Assembly: GCF_009914755.1 (NCBI RefSeq)
Contig: NC_060930.1
DNA: 64,000 nt
DNA from: the human T2T-CHM13v2.0 reference genome, Homo sapiens
Reading direction: 5' to 3' (one strand)
Shown in pieces: positions 1-11,342 of this stretch; positions within the stretch are counted from its first letter, which is position 1; the number at the start of each line of letters is the position of its first letter. The position numbers were made by a program, and so were the translations under genes. The notes under the pieces were generated by a model. The model saw nothing but the letters and a program-made list of their open reading frames with translations. It searched no databases and was not told where the DNA came from.

Positions 1-17
1 CACATAGTAATACTATG

Positions 18-225
18 TGGCAGGCATTGTTCTTAGTATTTAATATATACATGATCTCATGTTAAAAAAAATCCTTACAACAGCCATTGGAAGAAAATAC
101 TCTATCCTTGTTTGTCAGATGAGTAAACAGAAAGACATAGGTTTCATAATTTGCTCAAGGTAAGGCAACTAAAAAGCAGCAAACCTGGAAACGACACTCA
201 GGAAATGTGGCTTCAAATCTGTGCA
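18..225 (-). mobile_element. MIR SINE
   Basis: Diverged antisense MIR core: atctcat..aatccttacaacag..cagatgagtaaacagaa..aatttgctcaagg..actcagg..ggcttcaaatc. Confidence 0.75.
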
Positions 226-2203
226 CATGGCTGCTGTGCTCTGCCAGTGCTGCTGCTGTTTCATACCAATATTTATCAGCAAATAAGCTTCTTTTACATT
301 GTGGTAACCAATCATATGTCCATGTGAATCCATACTCATTATTTACTTAACACTGTTAACATTATCCCTTGTTTTTATATAGTCTTCATAATTATCACAT
401 AAATGATTACATCATGTTCCACTGAGATGATGGACCATCTTTTAGTAAATCTCTCTTCACTGTGAAACAGTTGGATTTCTTCAGTTGTTTGGAGATCACT
501 TGTATTTGTTTTAAACGTCTTTAGGTCAAATTTCATTAACTCATTGACCTACAAAGTAGGAATGTCTGATTATTCCCTGCAACATCACTAAAGAAATACA
601 AATTATAATTATTTAACTTATCCTTGTAGACTCAAAGGCTGTACAAAAAAATTTCAATTATTTAACTGTGATGTACTACAACGCTGCCTTGGAAGCTAGC
701 TGAAAGGTACAGCCTGTTTTTAGAAAATGAACAAAGACAAAACTGCTCTTTCAGTTATGTCTGTTTCATACAGGTTCATTCTGAGTCCCTTCTTTTGCTA
801 AAAAGCTAACAGGCCTCACTTCTTTTTTCAGAGTATATATACCTTCTTTAGTTTGAATTTATTGTGGTTCTAATTTTGTTATATTTGTGTAAACAATGAA
901 TAAATAATATCTGAGTGGACAGGGCCCTTTCATGAATGAAACACATGATTTTTGCCATACCTGGTTCACCTGCTAATAACTCTTTAACACACTTGCCTCC
1001 TTTATTTCACATAGGTGAGGGCATCAGGCAGCAAATCTACCCAAAGCTGAACTAATGCAGTATTTTAGTAATAAGAGAATAGATAAATGTCATTGAAGTG
1101 GGAAAAGATAAGAGAGTGAGTTCCTTGAGATCCATAGCTGACAAATAAAATATGTAAGTAAAAATCCATGACCTAAGATGTATTCTCTTTAGGAATTTAT
1201 AATTTGACTTTTGTTTGCTACCTACACTAACTTCATAAGCTAATGTATAATGATGCCATAGTAATTGATAATAATGGTAACAACAACTATGTACTTTTAA
1301 TATTATTGACATCCATTGTATGCCAGAACTGTACAATGTGATGATGTAGGCATATAAGAGATGCATATGATGTCATATTTGCTTTTAAAATTCAAGTCCA
1401 TTTGGGGTACCCATATAAAGCCATTAGAAGGTGATGTAAGAGAGTCTATAAATGCCAAGTAATAAGCAGCACTGGAGTGGGTTTCCAATAAGAAGGCTTG
1501 GTATTACCAAACGTGTTTGTTAGTAATTATATATTTATATTGAAATGTGACTCTGTACATTTCATCAGGTACCGTGGATCCTGTCTTTAAGATAAATAAG
1601 CCAACAAACAAAACACTGAAGTGTTTTTCAACTGTGCAGAAAAGATAAAATCTTAGAGAAGAAAAAAAATACCCACAATTCTCTGAGATCCCTGCAGATT
1701 TTGAAGATCTTGGCTGTGATGGATTACGTTAGAATGTGGGAAGAGAAATACCATGCATTGTTCTGCAGCATTTTTCTTTTAACTGCCCCTTTGCCATTTC
1801 TTTAATATTTGTCTTATATTAATAGTGACTGATATGTAATAATCAACAGACTTGTGCTGTAAATCCAAAGAGAAAACTGCAAAGAATTTAAAGATTTGGC
1901 CTCATATATAATTCTGCCAGATAAATGGAAAAGAGCCAAAGAAATGAAATAAAATTAAAGGAATACTGCAGTTAAATTTTATGCATTATGACTTTATGTA
2001 GCATTTTGGCTGAAAGAAGTATGAAAATGTACACAAAAAATACACAGAACTTACCTATCAGCATGTGTGAATTACTGGCAAGTGCCACTGAGAAGCAAAG
2101 GAGAAACAACATAAGTTATTATAATCACTGTCATCATCAAGATTCATGTGTTAAGTTCACATATTTTCATTGCATTGGGTTAGATGTGTTAAAAGTAAAT
2201 TAA

Positions 2204-2450
2204 ATAGGCATGGTCCCTGTCCTATAGGAACTTATGATTTAAGGCAGACTACAACCAAGACAAATGTAAGAGAAGCATAGACAAGTATATGCACCTCAAA
2301 GAAAGACATAAATTGAGTGAATGAAAGAATAAATAAACTAAATCCTTTCTATTGTTTATAAGTTGTAAGTTGAGAGAAAGGGAAATGGCATGTCCCTGGC
2401 ATGTTCTGAATTTGGAGTTTAAACACCAGTTGGTCTCAAAGAAATGATTT
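2204..2450 (-). mobile_element. L2 relic
   Basis: atggtccctgtcctataggaacttat resembles antisense L2 3' motif gtccctgccctcaaggagctta; remainder very diverged. Confidence 0.45.
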
Positions 2451-4599
2451 TGAGCATATATTGCTCCAATAATGGTAGAAAATGATCTCAGCAAATTACA
2501 AGATTAGAAAGCTAGAACATAAGAGATTCTGAACCAAGATTTAGGATGCATCGCTTTGCCCATGGAAAGATTCTTAAATAAGGATTTCATATATCATGGT
2601 CTCATATTTTAGCATGTAGAATGACTCTGGATTACTTCAAAGAAAGAAGTAATGTGATGAAGATGATTGGATAGAGAATAAAACATAACCCCATTTATGA
2701 AATAAACTTTGAAATGCCACCCATTTTCCCATTCAGAATTGTGGTGGCATTTTTCAAAATTTGTTATTTTGGAGATCACATTCTAATTACGCTTTTCTCC
2801 TTAGTCTTGTAATAATCTTCATTCAAAATCCATTCTATTCTGATCTGACCAAAAAAAATTAGAAAAGATAATTTGTAATAATTAAAATTTCAATAGTCCT
2901 GAAATTAGTTCCTTATGTATTTAAAATTTCTTCACTGAGAGGGCTAAATTTGTAAGATACAAGCTTTCATGATTCAATCTCCATGATTCAATTATTAAAA
3001 AAATAGAAACTGCACAATCAATATGACTCGCTAATAACTTCGCAAAGTAAAAAATAGTTGTAGTAGTTGCACAATTTTATAATTTTAAAAAACACCCCTG
3101 GTGTTACTCAGTGTTTCTTACTGAAACCCATTTCTGTGTGTTTTTTTAAAAATTTCTTCTTAATTGCCTGCTTTGCAATAGAACATGTGTTTGCAATTGC
3201 ATTTAGCAAAATTCACCATCTTAACAATGTATACCAAAGTCATAGTGCCTTCTTGGCACAAAACACTTTTCTAATGTTTGGGATTTCTGTCTCAATTGAC
3301 AAAACTGAAAAATATGTATTAGCCAAGCAAAACCACTATCTTGGAGCCATATTGAAAATTACTCCAACCTGTCAAAGCCAATTGAAATTCCCTTCCCAGC
3401 CCAATTTCCAACTTCACTTTGTATGTGAAATGGGAAAAGTTGGATTTGATTATAACCACATGCAGAAGGAATAAAAAAATCACATGTATCTTATATTGCT
3501 AATACTACAAATAATTTTCTTTTCAAAGAATTTTATCTACCTTTTTTCATCATTTATCCTGTTTCACCTGTTCTGAATAAGTCACTTGTTTGTAATATCT
3601 CTACATGAACAGTTTGATTAGCAGTGAGTTATAGAACACATTTCAAAAGTCCCACCTGGGCCACATCATTTTTACCCTGGAGATGACACAATTCTAAAGG
3701 AAAAGACCTAAGATCTGTCCCTAATGCGGGTCCAGTAATTTAGGGTGTTTCTCAATGTTAACCTATTATTTATTATTTTATTATACTGTATCCCTACTGC
3801 AGTTATCTTCTAAATATGGGGCCCAGTAGCTATTAATCCAATTCTAACAAAAAGTCATGATGCTGGCTTTAAAGTTTACTGTAGAAGTAAGTTAGGTTCT
3901 TCAAGATAAAAGGCAACTTCATTTTACACAAGAATAAGACTTGATACAGAATGCAGCTGGGATAACAGAAGGCTATACACAAGATGAGAAGCATGATGAA
4001 AATATGACCCTGCTCCCAGTCAATGTTGGGCAATACAAGCTGCTTAAAAGTTGGAACCCATAACATCCCTGGCAAAACGTAGGATAACAACAAAAAACAA
4101 AATAATGGCAGCCACTGGGGAAAACCAAGGCAGATCACTTGGAATATATAATATGATTTCCATCTATAAAATTACTCCAGAGCCTATTTTGTTTAACATT
4201 TATGAACATTATGAAAAGCAGAAAGCAAAAAAATGTCCAAAGAAATCTAAAACACAAATACAAGCTTTGTATTACATCTCATTTTGAGGTTATTTATTGA
4301 TGAGATATCATAGACTTTTTATCAAGACTTTGATGCAATTATTTCTCATTTTAGGTGGGGTAATAGAGGCTATGGAGGAATAAATGGCAAGTTCAAGATT
4401 AGCCCCATCATTGTGAAAGAAAGAAATGAATTGGAATGTAACTTTCAGGCACTAAAATGATTCAAGAAATTCAACTGTTTAAGTAGGTGAAGTTATCTAA
4501 TTGGAGATACTTAGACTTCTCATCATTTATACTTGCTTATTCATGAAATACAAATTTAAGGGATAAAGCTGCCTGTACAATTTAATAAATAGGCTCTCT

Positions 4600-4822
4600 C
4601 TTGCCCTGACACAGCAATCATGGAAGCACTTGTTATGGAAGTGCCACATGACTGAATTAGCCTGGGGTTCTGAGCTCCCACATGGAAGACAGCTGCCTTG
4701 GAAAGTTGCCTGTACCCTCAACAGACCTTGAGAGAGCAAATAAATAAACTGTCGTGTATTAAGCCACTGGGATTTGGTGGTGTTTGTTTCCAAATCATAC
4801 TGTAACCTATCTTGACTGATAT
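4600..4822 (+). mobile_element. Old MaLR LTR 3' part (MLT1J/K/L-like)
   Basis: aataaactgtcgtgtattaagccactgggatttgg..taacctatcttgactgatat matches the MLT1 3' end. Confidence 0.75.
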
Positions 4823-4859
4823 GCCAACCACTAAAAAACTGTTAATATATTTATATTTA

Positions 4860-5370
4860 ACCATCCAGTGTTATTTTCTATGTATAGATATGTATAGAAA
4901 TTTGAATCTTGCTACACATGCTGTTTTTGTAACATTTTATTTACCAAATTATGTATTATGAATATTTTTTCATCATTAAATCTTTTTTCAAACAATTATT
5001 TTTAATAGTCATACAGTATTAAAGTTGTGTCATATTTAATCTAGCCCTTCACTAATACTGGACAATTTTGCTGAATAGTGCTATACTGGCTTACTAACTA
5101 ACCTATTCCATGTCTTTGTGCAAATTTCCAACTACTTTCTTAAGATAAGATCTACAAAATAAAAATGCTGCATCAAAGTTGAGTTACATTTTAAAGGCTT
5201 TTGATGTACATTGCCCAGTTACCCTTTGAAAAATTATACCAATTTATAATTTTTCTGGGAATGTATAATACATCATCATCACCATACTATTGGCCCTGAA
5301 AATTATAGTTTCTTAAAACTGAAAACTTGGTATATAGAAACTACCTCATTTATTATTTGATTTGCAGGCA
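4860..5370 (-). mobile_element. Ancient L1M (L1ME-like) 3' fragment
   Basis: Antisense L1ME motifs: tgctgcatcaaag..tttgatgtacattgcccagttaccctttgaaaaattataccaatttata. Confidence 0.65.
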
Positions 5371-5759
5371 AAGTTACTAGATATAGCTGGTTTCATGGAG
5401 ATGTTGAATTCAGGTCTTTCTGTAAGAGTGAAGAATTTTATGTTGTATTTGTGACTCCCTAAACTTTTGGCCTCATTCTGAAAATGTTATTACACAGTAT
5501 TTCATTGTCATTATTGTATAAAGGCCCTGCAGGTTCAATTTCATATTCAGGATAACTTTTAACTTCCAACCTTTGAATTTGTTATTTGTTTACATATATA
5601 TTATTAATTACCCGTCTTATTAATTCATAATTTGAGACTTTGATTTGCATAATTCAGGTTTTTAAACTGAATTAAACACTTAAATAAATATTATTTGTGT
5701 ATCAATATATACCCATTGCTTAAAAAGTTCCAGTTTCAGGATCATGGATGGTGGACATG

Positions 5760-6278
5760 GTGAATTTGGCAGTCAGTATCTATTACTGACAATTAGAGCT
5801 CAAGATGTAAATCGGATTGCACTGAAAATGCCCCCATTCCATCCGTTGATATTGGGAGAGTGCAAGTGAGGTAGGGGATGACTTTTTGTTTTGCCTCTTG
5901 CTTCTGGCAGGTAAGGACAAATATAGAGCATCACTCCAACATCTAGTCCTTCACTTCAAGAACACTTGCAGGGGAGGCGTGGACGGCAGCTTCCTGATTT
6001 CTGAATCACAGTTCCAGGGATGTGTTCTTGAAATTGACAGCTTTCTAGTGGTATTCATCTGATTGTCCACTTTCCTAACTATGGAAAAGGTAGCAGCAAC
6101 CTGGCAGACCTATTTGGCTGTGTAATTCTGGGAATGGTTCCTGGGGAATTGGCCCAGGGCCTACTCCTCCTGTCTTTCCAGTCATTTTGTAAGAATTAAA
6201 TTACCTATGTCAAATGTCTTTCCTTTTAAAATAGCTAGAACAACCTCTATTTCCTACAACCGAACCTCTCACTGATAT
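5760..6278 (+). mobile_element. ERVL solo LTR (LTR41-like)
   Basis: ggcagcttcctgat..tgtgttcttgaa..ggtagcagc..ctgggaatggttcctgg..attttgtaag..aaatagctaga..ctgatata 3' end typical of the LTR41/LTR33 group. Confidence 0.65.
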
Positions 6279-6379
6279 AAATAAATGTAAGACTTATTCC
6301 CTTTTTGCAGCTTATAAAATCTGATATATAGAGATGTTTAAAATAATGCAATTAATTATATTAGATTATCTGTATTTTC

Positions 6380-6720
6380 TTTTGCCTACTTGCTTTTAAA
6401 AGGCAAGAAGTTGTATTAAATCTCTCATTTATGATTGTATTCTTCTCATTTTCCCGTTGATTTATAATGTTTTTTTCACATCAACTTTGATACTCTATTT
6501 GGTTTATGGAAATGTTATTTAGTAAAACTTCATCATGTATAATATCCTTCACCTGCTAAAAAAATTGCCACGTTGTCCAGTTTAATGCTTCTCTTTTTCC
6601 TTGGATTCTTTCTTGCCTGATATTAATATTGTAACTTGGAGCTTTATTTTGTTTGCATTTATCTGATTTAAATTTGCTTATTTTTATCTTCAACCTTTGT
6701 AATTTACTTTGGAGTTATGC
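6380..6720 (-). mobile_element. Ancient L1M ORF2 5' fragment
   Basis: gtattaaatctctcatttatgattgta..cctgatattaatattgtaact..ttgtttgcattt antisense L1M motifs. Confidence 0.6.
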
Positions 6721-7807
6721 ATACAGAAACTCATTTACAAGGAAGAAATGTTTTGTTGTTGTTTTTTTAAATCTGGGAGAGGTAATAATGTATTTAAATA
6801 GTCAAACTAAAAACATAGTCAAATGAGAAATAGTTAAAATAAAAATAGCTAAAATAAAAAGCATAGTTAAAGCAGAAATTTAGAGTGAGTTCGACTCCAC
6901 AACTAGTTCAACTATTACTCAATCTTAGTAACATCAAACTTATCTTACACAGATTGGCTTAAACAATTTTTAAAAGCTAATATTATCAGCATGTAACTTT
7001 TGCCTATGCCATCATATGAAAACCTAACTCTGCCTTAAGACACAACTCCACTGTAGATTAGAACATGGCTCTAGATGCTGGCCATACATAGTGAGCAAAA
7101 ATAATCATGGTTCATGACAGGTAACCTTCCACATAGACAATAATTTTTCGTGTCAATGCTGCTTCATAACACCAACTTTATGAAGACATTTTAAGTAACA
7201 TTTAAGGATATAAATTTTCTTTAGAAATCAATGGCTTATGTGATTCTGATGTGAATAACTCAAATGAACAGAAAATTGTATAAACATAAAATACCTAGAA
7301 GGCTAAGTTTGCACATATGCAGGCAAAGACAACTGCAGATCAACTCAGTCTTGCCTTCATCAGAGCAAATTTTTGTTGACATCTATTTAAGGCATCCCAG
7401 TTTCAGAAACAAGCATGATAAAACCCATTATAGCCAAGAAAATACGCAAATACATTGGATAGTTGTTTAATTGATGGCAAATAGCTCATTTCATAAAAAT
7501 CAATCCTTTTTAAGGAATGCTTTGTTTTCATTAGGAATTCTTGGATAAAAAGAACACTTTAAGGAATGTTTTAAGGCACTTATCTGAACTGAGAAAACAC
7601 ACAGGTATAAAGGTAGAAGTGGCACAGGAAAGTAGCATTTACAGAATGTTGCCTTAACACACCTGAAATCTGCTTCAGTTTGCCACATTACTATTATAAT
7701 TACTGTCCTTGTAGTCATTTTGAGATTAATCATGTAAGGCCTTCTGCTATTGTTATATTATCTATGGCAGAAGAAGAGTGAAAAATATATAGAAAAGGAA
7801 GTAGGTC

Positions 7808-8342
7808 ATATTATTTTTAGTTTTCTATTGCTGCATAACAAATTAACACCAATTTAGTGTCTCAAGACAACATGCTCTCACTATCTCACAGTATCTGTAG
7901 TTCAAAATTCCAGGCATAGTGTAGCTGCTCAGTGTTGGAAATGGATACAACCAAGGTGTTGGCCAAGGCTGCATTTGCATCTTGAGCTTGGGGTCATCTT
8001 TCAAGCTCATTTGAGGTGTGGGCAGAATTAAGTCTCTTGCAACTGTACAGCTGAGTTCCTCATTTTCTTGCTGGCTGTTGGCTGGGACTGCTCTCTGTTT
8101 CCAGAGTCCACCCTCAGGTTCTAGCATTGTGACTCTATCACAACATGGCAGCTTCTTCTTCAAAGCCAGCAGCAAGAACTCCCTCCAGTCTGTTACAACA
8201 GTTTTATATAGCACAGCCTAATAGAGGGAGTCATAGCCCATCGTATCCATGGGTCCAGCCCACATTCCTGGTGGGGGAATCATGTAGTGCATGTACACCA
8301 AGTGGGGCTACAAGAGCCATCTTAGATTTTGGCCAGCCACAC
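7808..8342 (-). mobile_element. MaLR LTR (MLT1E/F-like)
   Basis: tagttttctattgctgcataacaaatta..caaggtgttggccaaggctg..ggcagaatt..caacatggcagcttcttcttcaaagccagca..gccatcttaga. Confidence 0.85.
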
Positions 8343-9869
8343 AGACCAGGTAAAAAGAACACTTGGATAAAAAGAAAATCTGCAAGCAGACTTAATATCA
8401 GGTTGAAAACATGGCTTATTGTCATCTGTGTCATATGAATGCATGGAAGACAAAGTTTCCATCCTAAAGAACAAGAATTGATCTTTAGCAAAAATAAAAA
8501 TAGATATAAAACAATTAAGGAAAAATAAACAAAGGCCTTAAGCAGTTTAAAGTAAAACTTAGCTGCAATGTAACACAATAGAATTTTTTTTCCCTTACAA
8601 TCAGGAGTTACTGTTTGAACAATTGTGATTTAATATCTTGAAGCAAAATTGTGATATTTGTAATTTTAAATATACCATATAATAATAAAATAAATAGTTG
8701 TTATAGTGTTATAGTTACTGCTCAATAAATCTAGTTTTCTTACTCTGACCTTCCTGCTTCTTACTTTAAAGTGAAACATTAAAGGCTGCTACCCTGCCTC
8801 CTATATCACTACATACTATTTTAAGTAAAACCCTAAAGGTTAAAGATCACTCCTGCCTATTAAACCACACTGCAAACCCCTTTTCAATGACACAATCTTA
8901 TTAATAATCCAGGTATTTTTCTGGATAATTATGAATTTTTAATACTCATTTTTTCTAACTTCCAAATACATGAAAGTATGTTCTACAGTCTGATTTGTTT
9001 TAGCTTTTTCTATATACTCTATTTTCTAAAACCATACTACTGAAATAATTTTTAAAGCTTAAAGAAATTCCCTCCGTATGACATTATAGTGTTAGTATAT
9101 CAAATAACTTCTGCTTTTATTGAAAAGAAAATTAAAACACAGAAATATAGAGTAATATAAAACTAAACATGTGCACAAACTTCCACTAGAAAGGATATAA
9201 AGCAAAATATAATCTGTATGTGTGACAGAGTGTGTGTTATATTTTTGTTTCCTTGGCAACCCCCTTGACAGATGTTAATAGGGATATTGCTGTGAAATAT
9301 AAAATAGTATGAAACAAAATTATGCATATTTTCAATCTGTGATTGACTTACTGCATGGAGAATGCGGAAACTAAACTACATATATTACTGAACTAAGCAC
9401 AGAAAAGATTGTGACTAATCTGAGAGGTTTATAATATAGTATTAACGAGCTCTATATCAGGGACAAATTGTTCAGATGTCCAGTTGCATAGCTGTTAATA
9501 ATGGCACCAGTATCAGGACCAGAAAAATTGATGGAAAGGCTATTCTTTCTGTGAGCAGAGTTTTGTCTAGGATGTAGTCTTATAAAACTTGTCTTATGAG
9601 TATAGAATATAATTGGTTTTAACTGGTAAGCTGGAAATCAGACTGATGTCTTTTTTTTAAGTTAATTTTTTAAAAGCCAATTCCCATTTCCACTCAGCCT
9701 CATTCTGCATTCATGCCTATCCAAGTGATCGGCAAGATGTCCACCAGCAGCCTAAGACTTATCCTTCTAGATAATCTATCTTAATATTAAGACATCTTCT
9801 CTCAATAAGCAGGTATTGATAGTAGAAACATTGTCCTATCTGCCCCCTTTGGATCGCATGCCTTATTTG

Positions 9870-11170
9870 CTATCACAAAACAGAAGCCCAACTCAAGATA
9901 TCAAGAAATCTTTTCTTAACTAGAAAATCCAGAGATGAGACCGTATTCAGGCTTCTCTTTCATTCTACCTTGAGGATTCACCTCCACCACTCTACACGTA
10001 TTGTTTTTATCACATCACAGATGACCTTCACGTTGCAAACCAATCATCAGACATTAGGATTTATATCATCTCACCTATCAGGACCAGCACCATTTCTCAT
10101 GGTTGATCAGTCACTATAGCTTGAAACACTTTCTTTGCTTGTCTTCCTGGATAACTGTGCACTAGATTGTTTTTGCTTATGTTTTCCAAATATTCAGGTT
10201 ATTTAATACTTTTTATAAAATCCTCTCAATGTTATCCATGTCATTTAGAATAAAATAATGAGCTGTCAAGACCTCCATACTGTTCTTCCATCTTTCTCAT
10301 CCCCTACATTCTCTCTCCACTCATTCTGTGTCAGCCATATTGAATGTCTTACTCCACCTCAAGACATTTGTATTTGCTATTTCCTCTGCCAAGACTTCTT
10401 TCCCCAGATATCTAAATGACTTCTTTCCTCACCTCATTGAAGTCTGCTCTAATTTCTCCTTTCTAGTATTGTTTTCCTTGATTATCCTTTTAAAAAACAC
10501 ACACAAACTCTCCCCCTCTTTTTCCTCACTTTGTTTATGAACACTTGGCTTAGTTTGCGTGACTTAGTTATGTATGTGTGCATGTTCATATGTATGTATG
10601 TATATATTCATGTCTGTGTCTGTCTCTATCTTTCCTAGAAGCACGAAATTTTTCTGTCATGTTCACTGCCATACCTGACTCCAGAACAATGTCTAGAGTA
10701 GTAAAGATGTTCAATAAATATTTTTTGAATAAATGAATATTTAATCCAGGAGTTTAAATGTGTCATTAGGGCCCTGTCTTCTCTTTCACCTGTCAGCAAT
10801 TCCCATTTCTGCTTGGCCTCATTCTGCATTCACGCTAATCCACATGATTCGGCCATATGGACATTCAGCAAGATGTCTACCAGCGACCTCAGACTCACAT
10901 CCTTCTAGATAATTTATCTTAATACAAAGATATTTTATTTCAGTAAGTAGACATTGATAGTAGAAACATTGTTCTACCAGCCCTTTTGGATTATGCCTCT
11001 TCCAGACTAAACTTCGTCTCCAGGGAAGTATGGTACTCTGTAACTGATTCAACCTGGATCATAAGACTCTTTGGGAATAACACAGTTAAAGCACTAATAC
11101 CTATGGTCCTGCTAGGACCCCAAGTGTAGGGTAATGATAGTGTCTTCAAGGAGGAGTGCTGATTGAACAA
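9870..11170 (-). mobile_element. Old MaLR LTR (MLT1K/J-like) split by an L2
   Basis: acagaagcccaactcaa..aactagaaaatccag..ttcaggc (to ~9952) resumes at ~10740 with atccagg..tgtcattagg..ggcctcattct..caagatgtctaccagc..acatcc. Confidence 0.55.
9955..10738 (+). mobile_element. L2 (L2a-like) 3' portion
   Basis: atgaccttcacgttgc; cttgaaacactttct; tgttcactgc..agaacaatgtct..tcaataaatattttttgaataaatgaat L2 tail. Confidence 0.8.
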
Positions 11171-11342
11171 TTAATACATAGAAAATAGTTTGGCATTATA
11201 TCTGGACATCAGCATTTAATCTAAAGTAGCTTCCTTACCATCCTCAAGCTTTTCTGTTTAAACTGAAGCTGAATGTCGGATGTCATACAATTCATAATTC
11301 CCTGCTAATGTGCCAAGATATTCTTTGTTAAAAGAAAATGTG

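Noticed and set aside
3020-3474. 135-aa ORF or possible ancient DNA-transposon relic with a weak hairpin near 3400-3450
   Set aside because: No recognisable protein motif and I could not match a repeat consensus with confidence; needs a Dfam search.
3869-4138. Hydrophobic 89-aa minus-strand ORF
   Set aside because: Non-ATG start, no recognisable family; hydrophobicity follows from the T-rich strand.
7117-7133. Exact inverted 17-mer shared with 44004-44020 (acaggtaaccttccaca)
   Set aside because: No flanking similarity; one 17-mer match within 64 kb has roughly 0.2 expectation by chance.
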